A stretch of DNA of 63,910 nucleotides, counting the filler, from Fonticula-like sp. SCN 57-25 (Eukaryota), in assembly GCA_001724245.1 (NCBI GenBank). It is 11 parts of 11 records of this genome, joined end to end, with 100 filler letters (N's around TTAATTAATTAA, not from the genome) between each part and the next. Parts side by side here need not be neighbours in the genome. Positions count along the whole stretch, not along the records: positions 34,491 to 40,074 come from MEDX01000546.1; positions 40,175 to 45,756 come from MEDX01000547.1; positions 45,857 to 51,435 come from MEDX01000548.1; 8 more parts are not named here. One strand, 5' to 3'. Each line of letters starts with the position of its first letter. The stretch's first letter is position 1. The position numbers and the translations under genes were made by a program. This document shows, piece after piece, positions 36,256-49,354 of this stretch. The notes under the pieces were generated by a model. That model worked only from the letters and a program-made list of their open reading frames with translations. It did not search any database and was not told where the DNA came from.

Positions 36256-37249
36256 ATGAACCCTGAGTAGTACGTTGATGGGGAAGAAAAGAGTTTATGC
36301 GCGGGTCGCGGATATGGGAGGGAGGGCGGGGGCGGACGGCCGGCAAGGTGGCGCCGCGTGCCACGGCTAGGGGACTTTCGTTGACGGTTAGTGATTGCGT
36401 GGACATACTTTGATTGTTTGCTCGCCCTTTTCTTGGTTTGCCGTTTTCCCCTCGCCGCCCGGCGTCTTTTCCTTTCCCCTCTCTTGTATTCCCTTCCCGC
36501 ACACATATTAACTTGCCCGTTTGCAGCGATTTCCTTTTCAAGCTTTTGCTTATCGGCGATTCTGGTGTTGGCAAGTCGTGCCTTTTGCTTCGTTTCGCCG
36601 TACGTTGCTTGTGCGCCGCCGCTCTTTATGTCTAACGCGCCTCGGCCCGCAGGACGACACGTACACGGAAAGCTACATCTCGACCATTGGTGTTGATTTC
36701 AAGATCCGCACCATTGAGCTTGATGGCAAGACGGTGAAGCTCCAGATTGTACGTCATCGCCACTTTCCCCCTGTCATATTTTTCTTTTTTCCGTTTAACT
36801 GACCGCGTTTCCGTCTTTAGTGGGACACTGCCGGCCAGGAGCGCTTCCGCACCATCACCTCGTCGTACTACCGCGGCGCCCACGGCATCATTGTCGTGTA
36901 TGATGTTACTGACCAGGAGTCGTTCAACAACGTGAAGCAGTGGCTTCAGGAGATTGACCGCTACGCGAATGAGAACGTGAACAAGCTTCTTGTCGGCAAC
37001 AAGAGCGATCTTGTGAACAAGAAGGTTGTTGAGTTTTCGGCCGCCAAGGAGTTTGCCGACTCGCTCGGCATCCCGTTCCTTGAGACCAGCGCGAAGAACG
37101 CCAGCAATGTCGAGGAGGCCTTCTTGACGATGGCGCGCCAGATTAAGAGCCGCATGGGCACCCAGACCCAGAACCAGCCCAAGAATACCGTCAAGATCGC
37201 CGGCGGCACCAAGGTGACTGGCGATGCTCGGCAGGGCGGATGCTGCTAA
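36256..37249 (+). CDS. RAB1: Rab1/Ypt1 small GTPase
   Basis: [50 protein letters not shown]...WDTAGQERF...NKSD...ETSAK...GGCC; three introns. Confidence 0.97.
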
Positions 37250-37650
37250 ACCATAAAAGTGAGCGAGACGGGAAAGGGGCTGGGGCGAGAGAGAGAGAGA
37301 GAGACGAGAGAGGGGGAAGGAGAGCGAGTTGAAAGGAGGAAATCTGTGGTTTGATAGGCAAGCAAGAAGCATTTATTTGAGTCGCTTTTCATTTCAATTC
37401 TCACTTGCTGTCGCTCTCTCTCTTGCATCTTCTCTCTCATGTCCGCTTTGTCATTTTCTATTTCTTTCCCTTTTATTTTTATAGTTTATACAGCGTGTTC
37501 TTTTGCGACTTTCTTTCACCTTTTTCTTCGTTCAATATTATGACCAGAAACGCCACTCTGTGCAAATGCCCATAAAGCCGAAAAAGCCAAAAAGGAACCG
37601 TCAAAGTATATTATTATAAGAACGTAAATTACATTGCCACATTTGTGTTT

Positions 37651-39011
37651 TTATTCGTCGACGACGACCGGGATGTCCTTTGTCTGGACGGGGTCCATCC
37701 TGGCGACGCGCATAAACTCCAAGAGGTTGCGGGCCGCCTTTGAGTGGCGCTGCACGCCGCCGTTGAACGCGATCGTGGCGTCCTTGCCGATCTTGTTGCG
37801 GAGGATCTCGTCGCCTCCGGGGTGCTCGTCGTAAAAGTCGGCCATGTCGTGCACGATGTGATCAATGATGATGAGCTGGCGGCCATCTTCCTTGACGGCC
37901 TTGTCAAACTGCTGGCGCGTCCACAGCGGCAGCGAGTCGATGGCGGGTCCAAACTGGAGCTGCGCGTAGGTCGACTTGAGGTCGCCGAGCAGGCGGTCGT
38001 AGCGGACGCGCGCGATGCGCTCGTTCGGGAGCATCTTGAGATCCGTCACGATGCCGACAACGTTCAGGGCGCGGAGAACCCACTTGGTAGCATCAAAGTG
38101 ATAGTAGAACGGGCCAGTGCGGTAGTCATTCGGGAACTCGTAGTGAAAGTTAAGGAAGCCCTCGCTATCAGCCTCGGTTAGAACATGAACTGATCGGTAT
38201 CTGTGCGCACCCCATAGTAAAGATGCTGACGAGCGTGTTGTTGCGCGCGCTGTGCGAGTCAGAGTAGGGCTGGTGGCCAAAGGTGTGGCAAATGGCCGCC
38301 GAGGTGTGCAGGCCGATGAGGAAGACGAGCGCGCGGACGGCGCCGGCGTACACAAGACCGCCCTATCAGTCATGAGTCAGCATTATGGAACCAAAAATGC
38401 CATGGCGCACCTTCCAGTCATCCCACTGCAGCGCGATGGCGGCGGGCACGACGAGGCCCGCGACAATGCTCAGGACCGGGTAGATGGTGTTCTGGACGCG
38501 CACGAGCGTCGAGGCGGTAAGGTCGGCGAGGTCGACATCGGCCGCCTCGGGGTGCGTCAAAAAGTGCGAGGCAACCCAGGTGTAAAACAAGCCGCGCTTG
38601 CGGTTAAACGGGTCCTGCGGGCGCGACAGCGTGAGCAACACATACATGCGCATATGCAGAGGGACGTACGCGGTCAGAGTCGAGCTGGCGGTGGTGGGCG
38701 CGATGCAGCCGGCTCCACTCGAGCACCGAGCCGACAAAGTTGCCCGCGCCCATGAGCGCAAAGAGGAGGCGGAGGATGCCGCGCGCGCGGTACGCCTTGT
38801 GAGCGTAGAAGCGGTGGTAGCCCGCGCTGTGCGTGAACGCCGCCAGCATCAGGAGCCCGACGCTCAGCAGGGCAGTGTTGTACGTGAGCGCGATCCGCTC
38901 GGTCACGCCCCACGCCACAATGCCGACGAGGCCGCCGACCACCGCGACATACATAAAGTCAAGGCTCTGCGTCGCCTTGCGCGCCGGAGCGCTCTTCTGC
39001 TCGCCACTCAT
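37651..39011 (-). CDS. OLE1-type delta-9 acyl-CoA desaturase homolog with C-terminal cytochrome b5; third His box degenerate
   Basis: AGYHRFYAH, WSRLHRAHH, HTFGHQPY, EGFLNFHYEFPNDYR, b5 HPGG and HSKAARNLL; three short introns. Confidence 0.85.
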
Positions 39012-39634
39012 GCCTCGGACGCTTGCTCACTTCGCGGAAACAAAAGTAACCGGTACAAGGCAGCCGAGCGTACGGGTCGTCCCGCCTTTGTCGCGTGTCA
39101 GCGGCAAACTTTGGGGCAACTTCATGCAACCCCAACATTCACCTCCACGTCGATCATTTTTGATCGCGATCGACGAATCGCGATCGACACACCAAGGGAA
39201 CTTGGCCAAAGACCAAGAAAACAGCTTCCCGGGTGATTGCTAGGTGGGCGTGTGCGCGCGGCCACAACCGGATTGTTCGTGCATCTACAGAAGGAGGCGG
39301 CGCGTGCTTGGAGGATTCTACGACGCCTGGGGTAGGCAGAGTAGGGGGCGCGTGCTTGTGACGCTTCTGTGAAGAGAGGCGCCGGGCCAGTTAGATTGGC
39401 CTGATCCCTTTTTTGGTTCGCGGCCGGACGACGTAAGCGTCCCTGACGCCGGGAGGGACGAAGGGGCTCGTCTGCGGAGGACCTGTGTGACGTAGCGAGG
39501 TACGACGTTTGTCCGTCATGATATTATGAACGCGTTTGTGTTTGCGCGTGCGCGTGCCGTGTGTGCAGTCGGTCTAGTGTGAATCTCTCTGTGGACCCCT
39601 GTCGGCTGATCCTCGCCCGCCCAGCTTGGCGAAA

Positions 39635-40074
39635 ATGCGCGCGTACAAGGATCTCGGCGACGAAGGGGACTATCAGGATGAAGACTTGCTCGACGTGAGC
39701 ATTGGCAACCGCAGGCCTCCGCCGACTGTCCGATCGCAACAAAGCGCACCGGTCGGCACGGGCGCCGGCCCGCCAAACTTTCCTAATCCGTTTGCGTGGG
39801 AGCCGGTCGACCCCGACTTTCGCCACATTTACGTGAACGAGTCGTCGCGCAATGCCCTGCAGCGGCCTTCCTTTGCCAAGAACATTATTGTCACGGCAAA
39901 GTACAACCTCGTCACGTTCCTGCCAAAGTTTCTCTTTGAGCAGTTTAGCAAGTTTGCCAACACCTTTTTCCTGTTCATCGCGTGCATCCAGCAGATCCCG
40001 GGCGTGTCGCCGACAAGTCCCTACACGACCATCCTGCCGCTCGTCATCGTGCTCAGCGCGTCGTGCATCAAGGA
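39635..40074 (+). CDS. P4-ATPase phospholipid flippase (DRS2/ATP8A-like), N-terminus; truncated
   Basis: RHIYVN...FAKNIIVTAKYNLVTFLPKFLFEQFSKFANTFFLFIACIQQIPGVSPT. Confidence 0.92.
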
Positions 40075-40174
40075 NNNNNNNNNNNNNNNNNNNNNNNNNN
40101 NNNNNNNNNNNNNNNNNNTTAATTAATTAANNNNNNNNNNNNNNNNNNNNNNNNNNNNNNNNNNNNNNNNNNNN

Positions 40175-40830
40175 CGACCCTGACGCGATATGGTTCAACT
40201 CCTCGTAAAAGGCCAGGGCGGCCATGAGACCCTCGTGCGCGTCCGGCGTCAGCCAAAGGCGACGCTTCAGGGGTGTTGCATCCGGCATGTCCACGGAACA
40301 AAGGCGGCCGGCCGTCTGGATGAGTCGCTCATAGTGCGCCCCCACCGCGCCGCTGCGCACGTCCATAAGCATGTCTGTCAACGCAAGGGATGAGGCGTCT
40401 TGAGAGTGAGCCCACGGCTGCCTAGTGCGCCCGTCACGCAGATGACAAACGGCGGGATCTCGGCAACGCGGAAGAGGCGCTCGGCGACGCCGTAGAGCAG
40501 GCGCACCGAGCGCTCGCGACCGAGCATGTGCAGATGGATGACAGTGACGCTCGCGCGCAGCCCCTGCGATATGGCCGCACGCTCCTTGACAACCGGCGCG
40601 GGCGACTTGGTCAGCCCCATGTCCGATGTCTTGCGCGCCGCATGCAGGTCCGTCCGCGCCTCGTCCCACGCCTGCCGCGCCAGCTCTTGGAGGCTACCCT
40701 TCAAGTCCAAGGCGACCTCGAGGCGGTCCGAAACGAAGAGCGCGACGCTGGTATTTTGCGAGTAGCAGAAGGCGAGAACCGGAAGCGCTGTGCCGTAGAC
40801 CTCGGTGGCCGCCTGCGCAAGTCCCTCGAA
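40175..40830 (-). pseudogene. Protein-like but frameshifted coding remnant of unknown family
   Basis: Coding-like frame 40378-40902 switches into frame 40127-40669 near 40400 with no intron signals. Confidence 0.3.
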
Positions 40831-41339
40831 CGGGCATGCGTGTTGCGGAGCGAAGCCTATACAGGGAGTGCACCATGAATGATAATAAAGTAGAGGAGGC
40901 ACTTAAAGGGTATTCGCATGCCCGCAGATGAGAGGGCTCGTACTTAAGGGTCGACATCCTTCTATGGAAGTCGGCACGCGATACACCACAATGCCGATAT
41001 CGATACAGTGTGTTCCGCAGGCATTTGCGGTCGGAAGAGTAGCCGCGCTTGGGGATAGTTTGGCGCGGTGTGCATTATCGTCGTCGCTCGAAGAAACGAA
41101 ACATCGTGCCGCCCTCGAACGGAGGTGAACCAGCAAGCATTGGAAGAACGCGCAACGTCGATTTTAAAGCCTGTGAATCGTGCGATGCCACCAGTTCGCG
41201 TTGTTGGGTCGGCAATGATGATGAAGAGGGTGATGGTGATTGTGTTACAATGACGGGAACGGTAATGGTGACGGTAATGGTCATGGTAACACTTTCAGAC
41301 CGTCCGGATGCCCACGGCGATGCTGCGGCATCAAAGGCT

Positions 41340-41545
41340 GCCATAAATCTTACTTGCTGTGGCAAGCGCTTTGCCAAGGCGGCTAACTACGCCAAGCTTG
41401 TCACGGTGAAAGATCGCCTCGGGGTCCCGCACCAGCGAGGCGTGCTTGGCAAGTTTATGTGCCCAGATTGCGGCACGAGCTGCAAAGAGGAGCGGGGGCT
41501 GCGCTTGCACACGAGCTATGTGCACAGCGGCGAGCGTCCGGGCTA
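41340..41545 (+). pseudogene. C2H2 zinc-finger coding fragment
   Basis: LTCCGKRFAKAANY and FMCPDCGTSCKEERGLRLHTSYVHSGERP; surrounding frame looks degenerate. Confidence 0.5.
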
Positions 41546-44500
41546 CAGATGCTCGTGGCCTCTGCTCCTCATGCGCCTCCCGTATCTTCTCCCGTTCGAG
41601 TGGCTGTGGATGCAGGAGACGCCGCTACGCGCGCGTTCGAGTCCTTCATTTGCAAGTCGATCGTCCAATGCAGGCACTCACGTGGTGGCTACTTGAGACG
41701 GACCTGTTTAAGAACAATATAGTTCTCTATGCCACTATGCGCGCCTTTGTACGCACGCTCTTGAGGAAGAGCGCGGGTTTGCCGAGCTGTGCACTGAGCG
41801 ACATTATACGGATACTGACGGCGCGAGCCGCGCGCAGTAGCGAGGCGTGCGCGAGTGAGCGGTACACTTTTGTACTTGAAATCAAGCACAAACCTCACTG
41901 CGGTCGATGCGTTGGACAACAGCGCGTTACCAAAGTTACACGTCGTCGGCCTCTCAGTGAATTGGAGCAGCTGCGCGCCGCTGCATCAATGTGAAACCAA
42001 CGCGCCTACTTTTTATTAGGATATGTAGTAATAAAATGTTGTGGTTGTGAGCATGTCAGCTTTGCTGGGCTGCCTGGTGAGTCCTCTGACACTTGCTGAC
42101 CTTTCTACGCCTCTTTTTACTGTATTTATGTCACCCTTTGTTCATTGGCTGCTTTTTTGCTCTGCGTCTCACGAGTGTTTTCTTTTTGGCCCAAATACAA
42201 TATTTTGCTGTATATTTGGGATTACGATACGAGGAAACGTATGCCTAACTCAATTGTGGTCATATTCATCACAAAGCCCACGCACGAGCAATACTGGCAC
42301 CGCGCCCGCAGCAGCCGGGGAGGTTCCAGCTACAGGAATTGGCATCATAGCCAGCTGCGTCCTGCTATGAGGGTTCATGGAGGTCGCACCAAAAACGGGG
42401 GCCAAAATGAAACCTATAGTGGCCAGATGCATTCGGTCAGCATGTTGGCATCCATCTAGTGGTTTCCTGTTCATGTAGCCTCCTGCTTGCCTTTCATACC
42501 CACCTCGAATGTAGCTAGAAGAAGCACAAAATACACAATCTCCTCACCAAACGGCTACCCTATGTGCATGCGCGTGTGCTGATCGACGGCTCCAGAAACA
42601 AGGTTTTGCGATAACCAAACAACGCCCAAAAACTAACGAAATGCAGATAGGCGTACGATCCCTGCGTATTTCCAATTTCCTATCAAATTTGATATCAAAA
42701 TGGAAAATGAAAGCAATTCGGTAGATAAACTAGGAGCACGGAACGGAGTACATACATGCTGAGGAGTACTAGGATAGCAACAGCGGCTTCATGCGATAAC
42801 TGTGAGCGCGAAACAGATCGAATTCCTTTGAGGGTTATTCGTAATGTCTTTCTGCAAGCATGAGCGATTTCATGCACAAGGGCGGCTCTATTGGTTGTGG
42901 ACAGGCGCTCTCAAGACCAGCGTAATGTGAGCAGTGGGACGCTGCGCTTTATTGATACGGGTGCGAGGGAAGGAATACAGTACAAGCGAAACTGGCGGCG
43001 AGGATGAACTATACTCTTCGGGAAACCAAATGAGAATCAAGGCGCTCGTGAGCAAAAAGTTGATGCAAATCGTAAGCTGTCCACCTGCTCAGACTCAAAG
43101 CGTGCTGACGTCATCAGGTATGCGGCAAGGAAGCGAAGAATCCTCCATCGAAAATCAAGCCTTCCCAGTGTCCTCGCTGCGCTGCGGCCGGACACAAGAG
43201 GAAAAGAGAATTCATTCATCCTTGCCGCAGACGTCTTCGTGATCTGCAACGAGCATTGGATTTTTGATAGGCAGAGCATTGGATTTTGCACCACTGATTA
43301 CTGTAGCGAAAACGGTGTACTTGATGTGAATCAGGGCTGGAATCTACCCTTACATTGTTATCAACTATGCAAGCCTTTGATCAAGCTGATGCGCACACCC
43401 GGCATGCTCGTGTTGAAGAATGATCGGTGAGCCTGCTCATCGAACCGGCTCGAGGACCGACCTGCTGATGATGTATGCCGGGTCGCCGTACCCGGCCCGT
43501 ACAGGGCGGTTATCCGGCGCCTCTCCAGCTCTAATCTTGTTCTTGCGCAGCGAGCGGACGTGATATGAACAGCATACCGTAGGCCAAAAAACCGCCTTGA
43601 TAGTTCAGGCCGTGGACGCGCTTCTGGACGCTGAAAAAAACAGCTTGCTGGTCGACCAACGGCCGTGGCGTGCGGCGCTCTGTCCCATTCACATAAGCTA
43701 GTGCACCTTGGAAGTGCATTTTCGGTGCGACTGTTAGCCAACGCTCAAAAATAATTGGCTGAGGTTCGTGTACATGAAGCGGGTCAGAGAGAGTTGGTCC
43801 ACGATGCGGAAGAACATGGCAGGGCGCCCAGGGTAAGCCAGCCGTCAAACAACGTGAAGAGGTCGTCGACAGCGGAACATGTAAGGCCGTTTCCTGTGAC
43901 AAAACGAGGATGCAGCCGCAGCGCTTGAGCAAGAGGAGCAGCAATGGACAGCAGAGAAGCAGGAATGGTGCGTACCGAAACATGAGGAGCGGATGAGTGT
44001 CAGGTCGAGCGCGGAAAGGCCAAGCGAACCAACTGGCACTGGCGGGCGCCAACAAATCCGGCGAAGGCGCCCTTGCGGGCTAATGAAGGTGAGACCAACT
44101 GCCGCAAGCAGCAGACGACGATTCATTACAACCTCGGCTGCTGCTGCCAGCTCATATCGTCAGGATCCTTCATGTCGTCGTCGTTCGTCTCCAAGCCTAT
44201 GTCCCAGGTACCACAAAGTCGCACAAATTGACTGGAAGACGTCGCAGAGGAGCGCGAGTGCCACTCAGCGATAGCGGCGGCGGAGATTCCGGCAGCCCGG
44301 CCTGCAGCCCGGCCTGCAGCCTTCATACTATTTTGCGAGCTTTGAACGTTTTGATTCCTAGTTCTGCGTTTTCGTTTTGGAGATGCGCGCAATGTCCACG
44401 CGGTTTTGCTATTGTGCGCCCAATTTAGTGCGATTTTGCGAAAGCGCACTAGATTGCAATCTAACTTTTTGGGGTGTTTGGTTTGCGTGTCCGATCATTC

Positions 44501-46154
44501 TGGATTCCGGATTTGACTGAATCGCTCACGCGTTTGCAGATTCGAGGGTCGACACAGTTAAGCAAGGGCAAGGAGCATGCAAAAAGTGACAGTGACAAGC
44601 GTGCTTGAGTGCATGCCTCGCGTAGGCGCAGCCAGGGGCTAGGTGCATTTTGGCAGCATCCACGGCATCATCGACATTGTTGCCAACGTAGTCCGACTCG
44701 GACCATGGTTGTTTTTCGTACGTCAGGGCTTAAAACGGCCTATTGACGACTTACGTTGAGGCATCTGGCGACGAAGAGCAGGAGTTGTCAATGACGTTGC
44801 AGACGGAACGACGATTACGCCGCCTTCGTCGGCGTGGCTCCTACCTGTCGGACTGGGCGGCTTGTCGCACCGGTAGTATTTGCTTTTGTCTCTGAAAGAG
44901 CTCGGTCGTTAAGCATCGAACTTGGTCGAAGGCTGTTGATTAGTTGTTGACCCCCCGAACAGGCCAAGAATAGGTCCGAAGCGTTTATAGAGCATTTCCG
45001 GTTACGGAGCGTCCTGTTGGATGCGCGACCTCGATCGCGGTGCCCAGGTCGGGGTGCATTTTTGACTACCACCTCGAGCCTCGGCACCACCGCCTGCCCT
45101 CTTCTGACCGGTCACGTTGATTCGGGAAGTGACGCCACGGACGCTCAACCGGGCACGCCTCTGGTCACCCCGCTGATTGCTCGCACCATGGAACTCCACA
45201 GCGACCAGCCCGGGAACGAAATCGCCCACGAAGCGAGTGAAAGCAATGTTTTAAGCGATGGTCAGTTCTCTCATTCGCTGCAAACCGCGCGAATGCTTCA
45301 TCAACCTCTTAAACTGCGACGTGCAAAAGGGCGCCATCGGTGTCGACAAGGCGATGTTTGACTGTGTGTCGTGCAGAAGGCTCGACTGGTCGAGCGCATT
45401 GTGAACAATGCTGCTCCAGACAAATCGCTTCTAATTTATTGAACTGCAGTGGTGAAACGAAAACAATATAAAAAATCGTTTAGCGAAGAATTATTCTGGT
45501 GCGAAATCAAAATAACCTTTTTATGGGGCTACAGTTTATGTCGATGGGTGCCTGCATTGTGAAGGCTATAGTTTATGACAATGCGCACAGAGTTGGACGT
45601 TACGAATACTTTTGCGCATTGGCTCGCGTGCGACGCCAAGGAAACAGCCTATTGGTGTTGTAGGGCTATAGGACAGCCGCCAGTTGATTTGACAGATTTG
45701 TCAGTTTGCATCGACCAATCAGATTCTTCCACATCGATAGCTGATAAGGATCAACANNNNNNNNNNNNNNNNNNNNNNNNNNNNNNNNNNNNNNNNNNNN
45801 TTAATTAATTAANNNNNNNNNNNNNNNNNNNNNNNNNNNNNNNNNNNNNNNNNNNNCACAGGGACCTGGCCGTCCCACGGCCTATTTGTTGAAAGAGTCA
45901 CAGAGGACCTGGCCTAAGTGGTCTCGCGTGATTGGTCCATGGCTTTATCGGGCGCAATCGGAGGTGATCGAAAGAGTCACAAAACATATGGAGGACCTGG
46001 TCCTCCACCGCGAAACTACATGATAGGTCATTGACCTTGTGAAAATAACAACGAAACCAACCCAAAGCCATAACTGAGTATTTGGCCGGATAGAACGTCA
46101 TATTCGTCCATCGGGAATCCGTCATTTAGATCAAAGCTGGTACAATTCAAAAAC

Positions 46155-47763
46155 CTATCTGCGCTTTGAAGCCATGAAATGCTTGCTCAATTCATCTCGT
46201 ATGTACGGCGAATCAAATTTGTATGCAAACGTCCGAAAGTTACTAGAGGGGACCATGACCACAAGGCGGTGCGAAACAGACTTTGCAGCTGGCTTGTTGG
46301 CGATCACACCCAGAACACCTGTTAAACTGACCTTGCTTATTGCTAGTTTAATGTCAAATTTTAATTCAGAATCGGTCTTGTTGGAAAGTATGATACGCGC
46401 AACACCTCCGACAAACAGGAATCGTTTACGAAGCTCCTCATGCGATAAATTCTCCGCATATTTGCAGTAATTCGCAATGTCTTTCTCCGTCCACAAAGGC
46501 ATATAACGAACACGCGCGTCCATCTGCTCAGACCACTTCTTGTACACTGCACGCCGCGGCGACGTCACGAGGACAGTTCGATCTACGCGAGTACTAATTC
46601 GATAGACAGGTAGGTGGCCGTCTGCAATGTACCATGTATTTTTTTTATCCTCAAGAGTCAGAACACATATGTCCGTGGCAAGCGTTACACGAGTTTCGCC
46701 ATTTGCAGATAAATGGTACCGTACGTGTGGATCACCGGGAGGTTCATAAATTACGTTGACGCGTTTCGAAGCCAAATACCACAATAGATATGCGGTAAAA
46801 AAAGTCTTGCCAACGCCAGAACTGCCCATTATTGTGAAAGCCAACTTGCTGTTACGCTGGGGAAAAGCAGGGGGGTCGGTGACGATGCGAAGAAATTCCG
46901 TGTAACATTCCGGAACGAAAAGAACAGGTCCCTCACCCCCCAACACATCAACGCCTGGTGGCATATGAAGACAAGGTATGGTGATCGAAAAGGAAGTCTC
47001 GCGAAGAAAGTGCCAGAAGGCATGGAACCCTTTGGTTTTGACGTTAATACATTTCAAATAAGTCGAAAGTAAGTACCGGGATCAGCTGTTCCTGTCTGAA
47101 CCTTCAGCGTTGCCGCCGTCAAATTTGCAGCGCTCAGAGTGTCAACCACTTTATCCACGTATCGCATTTCATTTAAAATAGGTTCATCTAGGTCCAAGGC
47201 GCCATTGGTGTAAAGAAAAAGCTTTCAGCCGTATTCACAAAAGTCAGCCAACGGTCAAACGCGTGCGAAAAAAACGACAAAACGTACGCGGATGTTGGCG
47301 GTGCCGGGCTTTGTTTCGTCGGCAAAGCAGTTGTCGTTTATGTACTTGCGAACGTAGTCCCAGGTAAGTCCTTGGTCGCGCTCAATTAAGCATCTCCCTG
47401 AGACATCACCAGTCCAGGACACTTGAATGGGTGGCGGATGTTGATCAGATGCAACAGGACTGTCAATGGTTACCGTCAACCGCCGACGTTTCACAACGGC
47501 ATCTTGGTAACCAACCTTTCCTCTTTTCTTCCAAAGCTATGGCCAGCAACATAAGCGCGTCAAGCGCCCACAAACGTCAGCAAAAAATGCAAACTTGTTC
47601 GAAAACAAATGCGCACGCGGATGCGTTCAATGCCGGGCTTTGGTCCGTCGTCAAAATAATTGTCACGAATGTCCTCGCGCACATCCGACCATTCCGAGTT
47701 GGCTGGAGAACGACTACCATCGACTAGTCTTTTGAGGTTCCTCGTTACACGGATGTTCCCCAT
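46155..47763 (-). CDS. Crinkler/RHS-type (CR) effector-like protein: two related N-terminal header modules + P-loop NTPase
   Basis: LFVPECY, FTIMGSSGVGKTFFTAYLLWYL (Walker A), WYIADG, TVLVTSPR, RYMPLWT, RFLFVGGVARII, VSHRLV; upstream exons separated by short introns. Confidence 0.75.
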
Positions 47764-47959
47764 GGCGCCGATGGCGGACGGGGAAAAAGGAAAGACGACC
47801 TTGACGGAGTCTGCAGCTCTCGATTCTCGAATGCTGACAAGTCAGTTGTCAAATCCACCCCTGCAAATCGTTGTTTCCGGTCGATTGTTTAGGGCTGGGG
47901 CCCGCGCGATGTCACATTGCAGATGACTCAGATGAGCTGCGCGCTCATGCGGCTTCAGT

Positions 47960-48864
47960 TTCGCTTGATTCATTAAATGTACGTTTTGTTTATTGCATGT
48001 GGCGTCCTAGTTCTGATGTTTGGCTGCAGGGCCCTCTTTCTGTCGTTTTTGCAGAGGTCTGATTGCGGCCGGCTGCCGTGACGGAATCTACAGTCTACTT
48101 TCCAACGGATGCCGCCTGTCTCACACTTCGTCCGTGTTGCCCCGAAATCGTCTCTTGGTGAATCTGGCATGTGGCGTGGATATTGCTTGCCACATTCCCG
48201 AGTCGATGCTAACGGCGATTTTCTCCACGACGCCGGCCGGCTCGCGATGGCCGAGTTCACCGCCTGCTTTTCCGCCTATGCTGGTCGCCAGCGTTCACGA
48301 GCCGTCATAGCTGCACGAGCGGCCTGTTTTTTTTCGCTTTGCGCACCAGGCTCTATGCCGTGCGCTTGATCTGGTGCCGCACCTTCGAGGATGGGTCGTG
48401 ATTGGCGGCGATTGGAACGTTTGGCGGATGACGTCAAGGCGGGAATGTCGACCGCGTCCTATCTCCCGAGCTCTAAGCCCTTATTTAGCGACCCGTTTCT
48501 TGTCGACAACTGGCGCGTTGCGCACCCTGGCGTATACGCCTGGAGCCACGTTTCGGCGATTACCGCCACTCGCATCGGCCTCATTCTGGCATCTTGCGCT
48601 GCCGCCGCCGCCGACTTGTCTGTGGCGCCGCTCGAAACCGACCACCGCATGGTTTCTGCAACGTTTGGGGAATTGGCTGCGTTTTCAAAGCACTCTCTGT
48701 TGTGGCGTATGCACCCCTCTGTCTTGGCCGACGACGAGGCGTACGCCGCCGTGCGCAGTTTACGCGATGGCCTTCTTGACGACTATGTACTGTGGTTGAA
48801 CTGGGACCGGACAGTGCGCCAGGAATTTGCTCTATGGAAGTCGCCTGATATGAAGACAGCTTGA
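47960..48864 (+). mobile_element. Degenerate non-LTR retrotransposon (L1/Tx1-like) APE endonuclease relic
   Basis: VVIGGDWN, LVDNWRVAHP..YAWS, TRIGLILAS, ETDHRMV and LWRMHPSVLAD motifs in the expected order, spread across frames with stops. Confidence 0.7.
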
Positions 48865-49354
48865 GCACGGATGGATGATTTTATTTCGCGAAGAAGAGTG
48901 TGGCACGAGCGACATCAGCGGTCATCGCCCATGAACCCGGAGTATTTGGGGGAGACTGAGCTCAAAGCGAGCATCCAAGCATGCCAAGTTGTGTTTCTTG
49001 TTAAAAATGCCGGCTCACTCATGAGAAGGTTTCTAATCGTTTACGAGCGCTTCTCATTTGCAGTCCGTCTGTGTTTATTCCTGTGCCGCTTTATTGTGCC
49101 AGTCAAACTGTATTCCTTTCCGCTTTACTCTGCCTATCATGCTGTTGCAAAACGTTTTATCTGGTACAATTTTTTTACTATTGCTATTGTGGTAATACGG
49201 CTGCCACACATCATTCAACATCTCTTGGCCATATTCTTAAAATGTGTCAAGCTATATTGTGCCGAATGGGCAGCTGCAAACGAAATAAAAAAGCACTGCT
49301 TCGAACAAACAGGAACAAAGGAGAGCCAGCAGCAAATCGTTGAAGCCAACAAAA

